Under the pieces are notes generated by a model. The model made no database searches. It had not been told where the DNA came from and worked only from the letters and a program-made list of their open reading frames with translations. A stretch of 63,510 nucleotides of DNA, the filler included, from Nemertoderma westbladi (lineage: Eukaryota; Animalia; Xenacoelomorpha): assembly GCA_032718475.1 (NCBI GenBank). It is 4 parts of 4 records of this genome, joined end to end, with 100 filler letters (N's around TTAATTAATTAA, not from the genome) between each part and the next. Parts side by side here need not be neighbours in the genome. Positions count along the whole stretch, not along the records: positions 50,193 to 57,590 come from JAUCBJ010001141.1; positions 57,691 to 63,510 come from JAUCBJ010001721.1; 2 more parts are not named here. One strand, given 5' to 3'. Below, piece after piece: positions 51,961 through 63,510 of the stretch (positions are counted from its first letter, which is position 1; each line of letters begins with the position of its first letter). The position numbers and the translations under genes were made by a program.

Positions 51961-52906
51961 GGCATTTATCAGAAGGCAAACTGTGTCCAAATATGGGCGT
52001 ACAAGAGACAGACTAACAGAAATGAAACAGAGTTTAGTTAGATACGCTGTTGTTACAGATGCGCAAACTGTGCACCTGAAATAACTATGAGAGAGTGGGA
52101 CCCTACTAGATCAGGCTGCAGAAATCCAACTAGACTACACTATTACGAATTGCTGCAGAGGTACTTATCGCTAGACTAGATTGGCGACTTCTAACTACAG
52201 ATATAGTTAACGTATGGTAAAACAAGACAACTACCAAATATTTACTACACAGAGGTACTTACTTAGCTAACACGCTACTGAAAAAACACAATAGACAGCA
52301 AACACGCAACACCTGCAAAAACAAGCAATAGAGTATAGACTACTGATAGAGGCCAAAAACAGCTAAACATTGCCGACAAGTAACAGCTACATTCAATAAA
52401 ATGTAGTATATCATTTTAATAAAAAAAGTTTATTAAAAAACGTTTATTAAAGATTAATACAAAGAGATAAAATATATCTAATCGGTAATTTATCTGTAAA
52501 TCTCCAATGTTTCTCCCAAAATATCCATTTAGCAAAAATCAAATCCCGTTTATAAATTGTATGACAGGGCTGAAGGTGTGCTATGTAAAGGAGCACGTGG
52601 GTGTGGGTGCCCATTGCAGCAGCGTAGTTCCCGGGATATGATCCGGGAGCAACACCAGTAGGGGCATTGATCTGGATAGGAGAGGCGAGAGGGTGCGGTC
52701 AGACTCACTGTCGTTTGTTGCAGGGTACTGGTCGAGTGAACTCACCGCATATTACGTTCACTAAAGTGTGTAGCCTTCTGCGCACTATTCATTGGTTTAA
52801 CCTTCTCAAGCGGGGTGCCGTCTACCTTAGCAATTGGGGTGCCATTCATGCTGATAGCGAACAGATTTCTGTTGCGAGACCAACCAATTCCTCTAGCCTT
52901 TGTCTT

Positions 52907-53425
52907 TTAAAGTCGGGAGTAGCGTTCCTTGGTGAGAGACTCGCTCATAAATGTTGAGCTTCCTCGTAAACGAAAAGCATTGCTAATAACTAGTGTGCGT
53001 GTAAAATAACAAACAAACTTCACTATGACGGGGGACACCGAACCTTTAGCGACGGAGTGAGCCGAATCAATATCATGTCCTGGTAAGGGTTTAGATAACC
53101 AGTGACAACGATCAATCTCAATTTCCAATATGTTCAAACCCAATATGTCATGGAAGAAATTCAGTACTACCAAAGTAGTATGAACTTCATTTCGCTTGTT
53201 TCCCAGTCGTAGGCCATTAATTATTAAGCAATTTCGACATGAATACTGCTCTAAATTATCTTGCCTGGTGGCAAGAATTTTTAGAGAGTGTTTGATGTTA
53301 AGAATAGAGTCAGCGATCACTGACAGATCGTGCGAAAGTTTCTCTAGTTCGAAGTTGAGCAATTCTTTAATGTTCTTTGATAAGTTGTGACGATCCTTGC
53401 TCGAAAGCAAAGGTCGGACTGTCAC
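52907..53425 (-). mobile_element. LINE ORF1 (coiled coil + RRM type) of the same CR1/L2-group element
   Basis: DNLEQYSCRNCLIINGL...IEIDRCHWL...PVIVKF...FMSESLTKER is the typical ORF1 motif series. Same strand as, and upstream of, the ORF2 fragment. Confidence 0.85.
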
Positions 53426-53789
53426 ATCCAGAGACTGTGCTAGTGCGACTGGTATGACACAAATATAACTATAATGTAATATAAACGCGGGAAATTTAAA
53501 AACTTAAACAACAAACAGTTAAACTGCACCACCACCAAACACAGTAAATATATCAGCCAAATACAGCAGTAAATAGACTTACAACTGTACCTACAGTAGA
53601 CCGATATATTTAAATTGATTGTTTTTATGTTTATATATTATTATACACCTTCACCAATAACGTTGCCAGGCAACACTATTTACAGAATTCATAAATGTTG
53701 TATGGCAGTTCTTGCAGCTTGTACCACAGTACTACATCGGTTGCCAGCTTTCTGGCAACCCCGCGCCATCATCCGGATCCGGCCCCCGA

Positions 53790-54175
53790 GCGCTCCTCCA
53801 CTTGGTGCGGGAGCCCCGCAGACAGTGGGTGGCCCCTCTAATAATGCCAACTGAACCCGCGTACGGATCCAGCCCATTGTGACGCTATAGGGCCGCCCCC
53901 ACGATCGGTGCAGCCGGTCTGCCACCACACGGAGAAGATGGTTCGCTTGCGGCGTGAGAACTCCGTCGCATGAGGCGACGAACGGCGAGAAGTCGCCCCG
54001 TCGGGCCGTCACTGCGTCCGCGTACAGCCTCTTCTTCTGGTCCTCGGCCGACTCCAGGACAGACATTGGGGTGCGACCCGCATATGACCCGGCGTCAAGG
54101 TTTACAACCCGAATATCGATCAACGCCTGGGTCTGCGGGTTTAGCGCACCCCGAATCCCCACATTGCGACTGGTA
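53790..54175 (-). mobile_element. 3' fragment of a CRE-like non-LTR retrotransposon (restriction-like endonuclease)
   Basis: GIRG...ALIDIRVVNLDAGSY...AEDQKKRLY...FSPFVASCDGVL...W...YSVTMGWIRTRVQLALL matches the RLE C-terminus pattern. The segment is GC-rich relative to its flanks. Confidence 0.78.
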
Positions 54176-54545
54176 TTAATTCTGTTGGAAACCCCAGAAA
54201 CACCTCCGTATTATTCGAATTCTGTACACTCTCTAACTCTATCGGATTATTCCCTATCGTATTCGTATCAGGATTGAGTATGGCAGAATTGGTAAGCAAG
54301 GAATTGGTGCTGGTGGATTCGGGAGGCAGAACATCCTGGGCCTGGTCGTTCAACCCATTACCATCCAAATACTTCGATATTTCGTTATCAATCGTTTTAT
54401 CGAGTTTCGATTTGAGATGTTCCACTGAGGACTGGAAGGAAGAAATTCGATTGGTTTGTTCCAAAATGTGTTCTTCCAGGACAGCCTAAGAGTTAGCTGA
54501 TGGGGAACTATGGTATCGGAATTTGACATGTACGGGGAGTTATAG

Positions 54546-54997
54546 TAGAACGATCTATAACGGGCTATAACGATCTATAACGGGCAATAACTTCCTATAA
54601 CAAGCTATACCCACCTATAACGAGCTATAATATGAAAATTTACAATAAAAAAACATATTTTAGAATGGATTTATTTACCTAGTCAGTAATTTAATTACGC
54701 AATTATTGGTTTTTTAGTCCATAATGCTTTTCATCTTTGTGGTATCACGAAATCAGTCATTACCTTATCAGTAGGCCTATCAATTAGGCATAGGCAGATA
54801 GGCCTACCTTAATTTTTAACCTGCGGTATTTTTCAGACCACCGTGATAATCCAAAAGTTAAACACACCCAAGGGGCGTTTTTCTAATGTAAATTTTCATA
54901 TTATAGCTCGTTATAGGTGGTTATAGCTTGTTTATAGGAAGTTATAGCCCGTTATAGATCGTTATAGATCGTTATAGCCCGTTATAGATCGTTCTAC
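54546..54997. mobile_element. MITE with TIRs of about 110 bp built from 10-bp ctataacg-type subrepeats
   Basis: gtagaacgatctataacgggctataacg...gagctataatatgaaaatttaca versus tgtaaattttcatattatagctcg...cccgttatagatcgttctac. Confidence 0.8.
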
Positions 54998-55759
54998 CTT
55001 TTAGTACGTACCGCTCTATCCTCCAATTGTAGTTGTTTCTAAATCCTAAATCGATTTTTGTCTGATTTTATGCTTGCAATAGCAAGCATGCCTAGCCTAG
55101 CTTGGAAGGGGAACCAGTCCAACCACACCTCACCTCTACTCAAAGGCAGCATTATAATGAGCCATACTAATATGCCAGCTTGGTTATTGTGTTTAGCTTA
55201 CAAAATGATTGGCCGAGTACTTAATTTTTCAGAATTAATTCTTCAGAATAATTAGCTAAATCATTTCGTTGAGGTGTTGACATATATCTCAGTCTTGTTA
55301 ATCTTGTTAGTCTTATTAATCTTGTTAATATCTCAGTATCAATACTATCGGCATAACGTCAGTTTTATATTTCTTACAAATTGGGTCGCCTCCACACCTT
55401 ATTAGACGAGTCTTATCTGATGTATTGACAATAATCCTTAACCGAGATAAATCATCGCTTATATTACTAGACTGCGTGCAAGAATAAAGTTAGTCGTATA
55501 ATTTTGTACAAAGCAGGAACCGCAGAACTACACGCAACGGACAGTCAGTCATGAGGTAGGTTGGGGATTTTACACAAAAAGATCGCCTGTCTATGTGCTA
55601 TTAGAGTAGGTAACCTAGGCAACCCGGATTCTAGATTCTAAGTAAATAAGCTCGTTCGGTGTTGACTGCCTCACCCCCAATAGCGATTTAAGTAGGAGAC
55701 GGTATTGGGACTCCATACTCTTTATGTCACCCACCCACGACTCGCAACTGTAAAGTAAT

Positions 55760-55900
55760 GCAGAGAATAGCGCCGCCTCTGCTACATGTTTCTATATGAA
55801 AAATGGGACATACGCTTTCCTTGTGTTGGTTGCCAAAAAAGTAAATCTGGTATGAACTCATGTTTACTTCCCCAGCAGGACGTATTCACTGATCTTAATC
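55760..55900 (-). mobile_element. Short RTE-like LINE 3' remnant
   Basis: Minus strand reads CWGSKHEFIPDLLFWQPTQGKR, comparable to HCFRREDQPVHNLVLWQPHG of the RTE at 60189. Confidence 0.5.
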
Positions 55901-56067
55901 TGCATTCACGGTGGGTGGTTGATACAGGTTGTATTGTACCATAAAGCTCGGCTACATTATATTTGATAAATACATCATATTATTAGAGAGCCTTTTGGTA
56001 TGTATGGATATCTAGTTCTAGTTACGAAATAGTAATAGTATTTATGTATGTATTTATTGCTACTTAA

Positions 56068-56263
56068 GGCCGCGTTCACTCTACCGAGTCAAAGTCAAAG
56101 TCAAAAGACAAAATGTAAATCACAAAACATGAAATTTAATTTTTTCTAGAATCCCCTTATGTATTATATTAGGCCTATATAATGTATTATTATTTATTAT
56201 TGCTAGCTAACTATATTTATTTTATTTTGACTTTGACTTTTATTCGGTTGTGTGAACGCGGCC
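56068..56263. mobile_element. PIF/Harbinger-type MITE
   Basis: TIR ggccgcgttcac / gtgaacgcggcc, TAA target duplication, and subterminal agtcaa repeats. Confidence 0.85.
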
Positions 56264-56429
56264 TAAGAGATATAAGATATATGTATACTGCATAGTGTAA
56301 TAAGAGCAGAAACTCTGATATACTTCACTTGGGCCCAGGCCATGTCAATGTATTACGATATTATTTTCCAGCTAAGACCTAATTTTCATGCTTTTATTGT
56401 ACATTTTAAAATAGACAGTTTTTACTGAC

Positions 56430-56562
56430 CAGTGCTCCTTTTATTTTCTTCTAGATCTTCTGAAATGTCATTCTTCTTTGTAGATATTCCAGTAACCAAT
56501 AGCAGAGCCACACATAGTAGGCACAATATTGCCCTTGTCTTACAGGTAGTAACAGCCATCAT
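56430..56562 (-). CDS. Candidate first exon of a secreted prepropeptide (MMAVTTCKTRAILCLLCVALLLVTGISTKKNDISEDLEENKRST)
   Basis: ATG, basic n-region, hydrophobic core, acidic spacer, KR dibasic site, then a G|GTCAGT donor. No downstream exon was identified. Confidence 0.45.
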
Positions 56563-57590
56563 TAGGCCAAGTACTTAGTGAGGAAGTTACAGTTGTGGAT
56601 CAAATTATTAATAATGATTTAAAACAGCATTATACAGTGTACAAGACTCAGAAGTTAATGTGCCTTCCTCACAATTCGTATACATGTCTTCCACCATGCA
56701 TTATATATAACAGTAGATGCAATATAATAAGTACGTTCTTCATATTGATTGTTGGATTATATAAAGTACTGTATGATTACATAGCATGATGTGAGTGAAT
56801 AATACCGAATCAATAAAGAACATAATTAAAGGAGTAGCAACTGTGGATGTAATATCGGAACAAAGGGAGTCAATATTGCTTGGGAGTGGGCAAGGGAAGA
56901 GTATCTATGATTGAAGTGTACATACAAGGGCCTTGATAAAGTGCTAATACTAGAAAGGCATTTCATAAAGGAAATGCAACCACGAAGCTAAGGAAAATTA
57001 AACAAACCGCCACACTTTGGTTTGTTGCTTAGCCTCGTTTAGTAGCAATTGTCAATAATTAAATTATATTCCCATGGAAACTAGAGTTCTCTGGAACTGT
57101 TGCTTTAACCTTTGAAAAAAAATTCAGTACAGATTGTGGTTCAGATAACACATATACTGAGTTTCAGAAAATATTGTAGTTTATGTCCAAATTACCGATT
57201 TTCTATTAAAATGCAACTGTTTGCAGTGGTTGTCATGGAAACTGAAAAATAGAACAATGTAATTCGGATGCAGAATAAGTCATATAATGGGGGTAGGTCT
57301 TGGTCCCAAGTCATAATACTGTTAACTTGTGCTTCAAATTATCATTTTATAAATTTTAACATCTGTTTAGTCTTGTTGCTATGGTAACTGGATTGTGTAA
57401 TTAACCTCGAATGGATTGTATTATGTATAACATTTAACATTTTATTTATTTCTTTCATAATACATCAATACATCAACATTTATAATAACTTTATAATTAC
57501 TATAAATTTATACTATATTATTAATATCAGATAAATAATATTATTGTTGCAACTGCATCCGAGCAATAGCATTGCTAGTGTAGCTCGAGT

Positions 57591-57690
57591 NNNNNNNNNN
57601 NNNNNNNNNNNNNNNNNNNNNNNNNNNNNNNNNNTTAATTAATTAANNNNNNNNNNNNNNNNNNNNNNNNNNNNNNNNNNNNNNNNNNNN
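57591..57690. other. Assembly gap / artificial contig linker
   Basis: N44-TTAATTAATTAA-N44. Confidence 0.97.
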
Positions 57691-58571
57691 TACAGAGAGA
57701 GTGCGGACGCAATTCTAGTGTGGGGGGGGAGAATAAGAGACTGAGTAAGGGACGAGGAGGTCCGAATGTATGAGAGAGTTAGGATGAGAGTGAAGAAGAG
57801 ATAGGGCGGAAGTGTTGGGGAAACAAAAGTTGCGTGAGAGGTGAGCGCGATCGGCCCGACATGAGACGCCAGGCACACAGGGTAGCGTTATCATACCCAT
57901 AGGGGGCGGCCTGGAAAGCCGGCTCCGAGAGAAAAGAATTCCACCCCACACCCGATACTAGATCGGGATCCAGCGGGATTGTAGCGCACTTTTTGGTTGA
58001 TGCTATCTTCTTACCGGGAAGATAGCATGGGGGGGAGTGTTAGCTTATTCAATCCCGCTAACACCCCATAAAGTTATAAGCCGATAAGCAATATTGGGAG
58101 CCACGAGATTGGGTAATTAACCAACTCGTGCCATCCCAATGAGAATGGGAAGGAGAAGCACACAATGAGGGTCAGGGGCCAAACCCCTAACCCAGAGAGA
58201 ATAGGTGGAGTGAACGGGAACACTCCAAAGGGCGCCAACAAGGGTATCAACCAATCAGAGGGGGGAAAGGCATCGATTGAGTAGCAATAAGGCCACCGTG
58301 CAATATAACCAGTAACCTGTAATCATATCAGTTCAGTTATCTCAGTGCATTACCGGTGCTAGATTAGGTTACAATAGTTTAGCTAGGGAAGGACCGGGAC
58401 TTTAGTTACCGTATCCCGCCTTCCGTATACGACAATATATCTATATCTATATCTATACCTGCATATCATATTATACACGACAAACAGCACGAACTTATTC
58501 ACTCTTTATACACGGCGGGGACGCGTGAACTAAAACCGGATAAACCGGGATCCCTCTTGGATCCCGTCACA
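57691..58571 (-). mobile_element. Possible LTR and 5' leader of an LTR retrotransposon
   Basis: Minus strand begins TGTGACGGG at a sharp composition boundary, has TATAAAA about 60 nt in, and a PBS-like TGGCGCCC near 58231-58238. No second LTR or ORF was found to confirm it. Confidence 0.4.
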
Positions 58572-60188
58572 AAATAATACTGTAACTGTCCTTATGGCGA
58601 GACAAGACAGCATTAAATTTTATAACTGCAACAGCAATAATACAAATACAGTTTTACAGAGTAAAAAAATGCACGGTATCTTACTGTAAAGGGAATCTAG
58701 CACAGATCAACTTTTCTCCCAAAAGGACCAACCGGTACCACCTCACTTTTTCACTTATTAATTGCCCTTAGGCGGTTGTATGGGATATTTTCGCAGCCTA
58801 GAACTTTTCCAAGTAAAAACTGTATCGTAAACTGTCAAGTGAGCATCTATGCAGTAAATAACTGGTCACGGTCGAGTCTTTTTTGTTATTAAGTAAATAT
58901 TCCAGCTTTTATTGGTTCCTGGTAAGGCAGTTATTTTAATATACATAGAAATCTCTTTCCACAAAATGTATAAACCAATATACCGCGGTAAAAGCATTAA
59001 AAACCTCTGTATCTTAATATTGGGATCCGGGAAACGCTGACTTTATTATCCGGTAGGATAAAAAGAGCACCTTGAACTGATTTTATGAAAAATAACAACA
59101 AGATTACAAACAGTTCCAAAATAATTTTAATAGTAATAGAGACCTAACCGTAAAATACCGATGCAAAGCTCATATAGGCCTACTGAGGTAAGTGATCAAA
59201 TGACAAACATTAATCCCTTACTGAGGTAAAATAATTGACTGGTTCACAGTTTCTGGAATATAGTCTATTTCGTTCAACTGATCCAGTGTATGCCCAACCA
59301 CCCCAGTCCCATAAAGTTCACCAGGATATCGAGGATATCATGTTGCGGAAAAAGGAACACTGAAAATTTGTAATTTGTAAATTTTTAAGTTTTTTAAAAA
59401 TTGGCTCTAGAACAAAGAATATTTGTTCGATAATATTTTATTATATAAATTATTAAATATATGACACGTTCTAGAACATTTCCAAAAAAAGATGGCAAAA
59501 ATTTGCTATAATAAAAATTTTGAGAGGGGGGGGGGGGGGTGTTCCTATAACACACTAGTACCCGCAAATCACCAGCAATGATGAAAAAATCACTACCTAT
59601 CGATAGATTGAAGGACATCATACTTTTGAACAAATTAAACGTGAAAAATTTCAGAAAAAACAAAATCAGTAGTTATAGGTGGACATTACAAGACGTACTT
59701 CTGTGTTAGTATGATAGTGGTCGGTATTGTTGTTGGTTGGATATATTTTACATAAAGTAAATATGAAAATGTATGAACAATGAAAAATAATGATGGATGA
59801 AAAATAAATACCGTGTGTTCTGGAACTATCGCTATCTCCTAGATTTTTTATGTGACAAGGCCATGTAATATTATATTATTAATATATACACCATGTCACG
59901 TAATATAGTGTCATTTTCTGATGACACCGACCCCCCCCCCCCCCCAAATTTTTCTACAAATCTTTATCATATTGCTTGAAATTTGAAACTCAACTAGTTC
60001 AACTCACCGTGGTTGTTACCATGAAGCCGGAAATTTCGATTTCGCCTTTAAATTTTATTTATAAGCGTTTTAAAAAAGTGTCTTTTGCGAAATCGCACCC
60101 TCTGTATCATTGCCATTCTTAACTTTAGTCGTAATTTTTTCACATCAATAAACTACTAGGATCGGCATGCTGCATTGCAGCTGCATTT

Positions 60189-62585
60189 TTAAGAATGCTG
60201 TGCCGGCTTATCGACAAAATTGCACCGCCACAACTCCCTATCACCCATGACATTTGCTAGATAATCCGCATCTTCAAGGCCAGTGTCCTTTAAGATGCGT
60301 CTCAAGAAAGTCATGGGCTGTCCACCATGCTTATTCACTCCATGAGGCTGCCAAAGTACAAGATTATGCACTGGCTGGTCCTCACGGCGAAAGCAATGTC
60401 CTGCAAAGCGGAGGCGATTTTGTTCTAGTGTCAAGCTTGGGGGAACCAATGAGACACCTCCAATGTTATATAGTGTCTGGTTGGAGATGTGTGCATTGTA
60501 CTTGACACAATGAACCCGGCGTAGCATTCTTGTGAATGTGCCATCCAGAGATTTGGTGTCCTCAGCAGTTAGAGCCCAGCATGGACTCCCATAGAGGAGT
60601 ACTGGAACTACTGCTGCTCTAAATAACCGGACCTTAAGTTTCCGATTAATTCTCGGTGACTTCCAAATCCTGGAAAGCCTATTCAAGGCTGCCCATGCCT
60701 TTCCCTTACGTATTCGAAGGTCCTCACCTGACTTCCGGATCCATGATCCCAGGTAACAGAAGTCATCCACATGCTCAAGCATACCATCTTTTGAGCTTAT
60801 GCTCATCCGATCAGAGACTTGCTGAGGACTTTCAAAGTTAACTGTCAAAATTTTGGTCTTTCTGGAGTTAATAAAAAGACCTACACTAGAAGCAGCATGT
60901 TCTAATGAGCTGAGGAGCCGTTGGGCTCCCTCTAGTGATTCTGAGAGTACTCCTAAGTCATCAGCAAAGTCTAGATCAGTTAGGTACTTGGCAGGATTTC
61001 CTCGACTTCTGGAGCCAGTAGGTGGAGTTATCATCACCCCATCATCATTATGATGATCTAAGGACATGCGTAGAACATAGTCAACAACAATTATGAACAA
61101 GAATGGTGCAAGTGTGTCTCCCTGGAGGACGCCCCATAACACTTCAAATGGTTCTGTGTCACCGTCAACAGTAGACACAAATGTTGTCGAACCATCGTAT
61201 ACTGATCTGATTGCTGCAATAATTTCATCAGGAATCCCATATAATGAAAGTATGGTGAACATACGTGAGCGAGAGACTGAGACTGAATCAAAGGCCTTGA
61301 AAAGTCAACAAAGATAACAGCCAGATGCCTGTCTTTCTTTTTTGATAACTCTTCAATTATCCTTCTAAGTGCCAAAATGGGCTCCATGGTCCCACGACCT
61401 TTACGGAACCCATTCTGATTTCCACGGAGCAGTCTCTCAATGGGATCCCTGATGCGATTTAATAGAATTCTATTGTATAGCTTTGCAGCAATCGAGATCA
61501 ATGAGATTCCCCGAAAAGAACCATAGAGTGTTAGGTTGCCCTTCTTGGGAACTGGCACCAACTTATTTGTTTTCATTTCTTGTGGGACTCTTGTTGTACG
61601 GTACATGTCTACTATGATGGGATAGATGAGCTTTAAACACTTAGGTATTTTAAAGACCTCAGGGGGAACACCATCTACTCCACTGGCACGATTGGTCTTA
61701 ATGCTCTTTGCAGCAGCCTTCACTTCTGCAAAGGAGATATCACCAATGGGAATATCTGGGAGTACAGACTCAGACACTTTTACTTCTATAAAGTTATCAG
61801 GCAATACCCTGTCATTATTGAGGAGCTTTTCAAAGTGGGCCTTCCAACCATTGAGGCGATCGGCTGGTGATTCAGCCTTAACCTTGGTGGTTGGTTGGCT
61901 TTTTCGACCAGCAAGCAAGTTGATCGATCTCCATGCCTGGGATGATTGCCTGCTGTCGTCAGCATCATTGATGGCATCAACCTGTTGGTTTATTACATAG
62001 CTCCTGTAAATTAACAGAGTACTGCCTGTTCAGGGACCTAGATGCAGCCTTAACTGCATTCTTGGCCGCTGTAGTCTGTTTGAGTCGGGACTCTTTCTGC
62101 GCCTTGTAGAGGTCATTTCGGCACTTCTGAATTTTTTTATCTGTCCAGGGTGCCCGTTTCCTGTTTCGAGGGTATACAGGAACTGTTTCTCCAGATGCTA
62201 ACTTAACTGCCTCTGTGAAGGCAGTATAGCCCTCACAGTGATCTGCCGCCTCAGAGGCAAGAGCCTCATACCTGTTGCTCAGCTGTAGTGTGAAGCTGGA
62301 TCTCACACTTGGCTGTTGCAACAGAGAGGACCAGTCATGCCGCGGCAAGGCAGATTTCGTTGTTCTGCTAGCACGCAGACTAAGTCTTACCTTGGCCACA
62401 ATAAGGCGCTGATCACTGGAGAAGGGTCGTAGTGTAAATGCATTACAGTCTTGTATAGAGCTCCTGTATTTCCTACGAAAGAGGATATATGGTCTATCTG
62501 GGACTTGTGACCACTGGGTCCACTATGAGTCCATAGCTTTCCAGTTCGCTTCTTGAACTGGGTTCCAGCCGAAAACAATCCATTT
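60189..62585 (-). mobile_element. 5'-truncated RTE-clade LINE with frameshifts
   Basis: End of APE (WTHSGPSGHKSQIDHI), linker, RT (SFRGISLIS, NQNGFRKGR, VDFS, GVLQGDTLAPFLF, DLDFADD, FCYLGS) and the RTE C-terminus (RLRFAGHCFRR...W). Confidence 0.93.
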
Positions 62586-63510
62586 CCAGAGATAAAATCC
62601 TGAAGATGGACGGAATATCGGTTAACACATCAATAAAAGCTTGCGTTGCAAGGATTCCAAATATGTAACAATGTCTGAATTTCGTTGAGAAACAGCTGAG
62701 ATATAGGCGTTCAAAGATTGCAAGAATTATTGTTCGCTGCAGGCCATTTATTATATTTAATAAATACATAATCACCCTATAAACTAAAATTCACAACTTT
62801 CCTATCAGCATTATTGAATGTTAACTTACAACATAATTTAAACCTCCCACCCAAGACCCTTCGTTTTATTGGATAATTTAATTATCCTACTACTGTATAA
62901 GCTACAAGGTACAGTAATGGTTGGTTGATGGTTTTTCTGAGATAAAACAGATAATAGAACTGTTGCTTAAAAGCAACAAGTAGTGCAACTGTCAGGCAAT
63001 TAGTAATAAATATCAATTATTGTTTATGTGGTAACCATGGCGATCCCAAGTTTCAGGTTCACTTGCATTGGACGAATAAACTGTAAAGTCGCTCTTTTGG
63101 GACATTACAACATAATAATATATCACTAAATGTACAGGTTGTAAATTCCTCTAAAGTTGTAAAACAGCTCGCTGTTAAAACTAACGGCATTGTGGAGCCC
63201 AAAGACTTCAGTTTTCGCCCCAATGATTTAGGGCGAAATTGGAATTTTAATAAACTTGACCAGCTCTCTGTTCGAAACATCATTGGGATGCGGGTGGGGT
63301 ATAAGTCAAAGTGACGACAATACAAGTGACTGTGAAAGAAGTTGTTGGATATTTCGGCATCAGGCTATTTTTCAAGCAACTATAAAACTATAAGCACTAC
63401 TTCCTAGGTTACTAAGAGTGATATACTGTATTGTCAGATATAGCAGCATTTGTTTGGTGTTTGTAGGTATAGTTTTGTGTTAAGAGTATAATAATGGGAC
63501 TAAAGGGATT

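Overview
Repeat-dense, AT-rich eukaryotic (probably invertebrate animal) DNA, not prokaryotic. Three N-runs, each containing a TTAATTAATTAA all-frame-stop linker, split the window into four contigs (1-31670, 31771-50092, 50193-57590, 57691-63510) whose true adjacency is unknown. The only well-supported host gene is the 5' half of a spliced 6-phosphofructo-2-kinase/fructose-2,6-bisphosphatase (PFKFB) gene on the + strand. It has four clear kinase-domain exons (40758-47948) and two phase-compatible candidate N-terminal exons (32637-32715, 35843-35896); the phosphatase exons were not found. The rest is mostly decayed transposable elements and eight minisatellite arrays with 14-49 bp units. The elements include Gypsy-like pol, a THAP/P-element transposase, RTE, CR1/L2-like, CRE-like and other LINEs, tRNA-derived SINEs, and hAT, MULE-like, IS3EU-like and Harbinger non-autonomous elements with readable TSDs. 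The most notable observations are a minisatellite that arose by amplifying 14 bp inside a LINE PHD-finger coding sequence, a candidate secreted prepropeptide exon, a duplicated motif and possible regulatory cassette exon in the PFKFB N-terminus, and a MULE-like element inserted just downstream of the first PFKFB exon. I found no convincing new multi-gene system. All calls were made by eye, and repeat boundaries and copy numbers are approximate.
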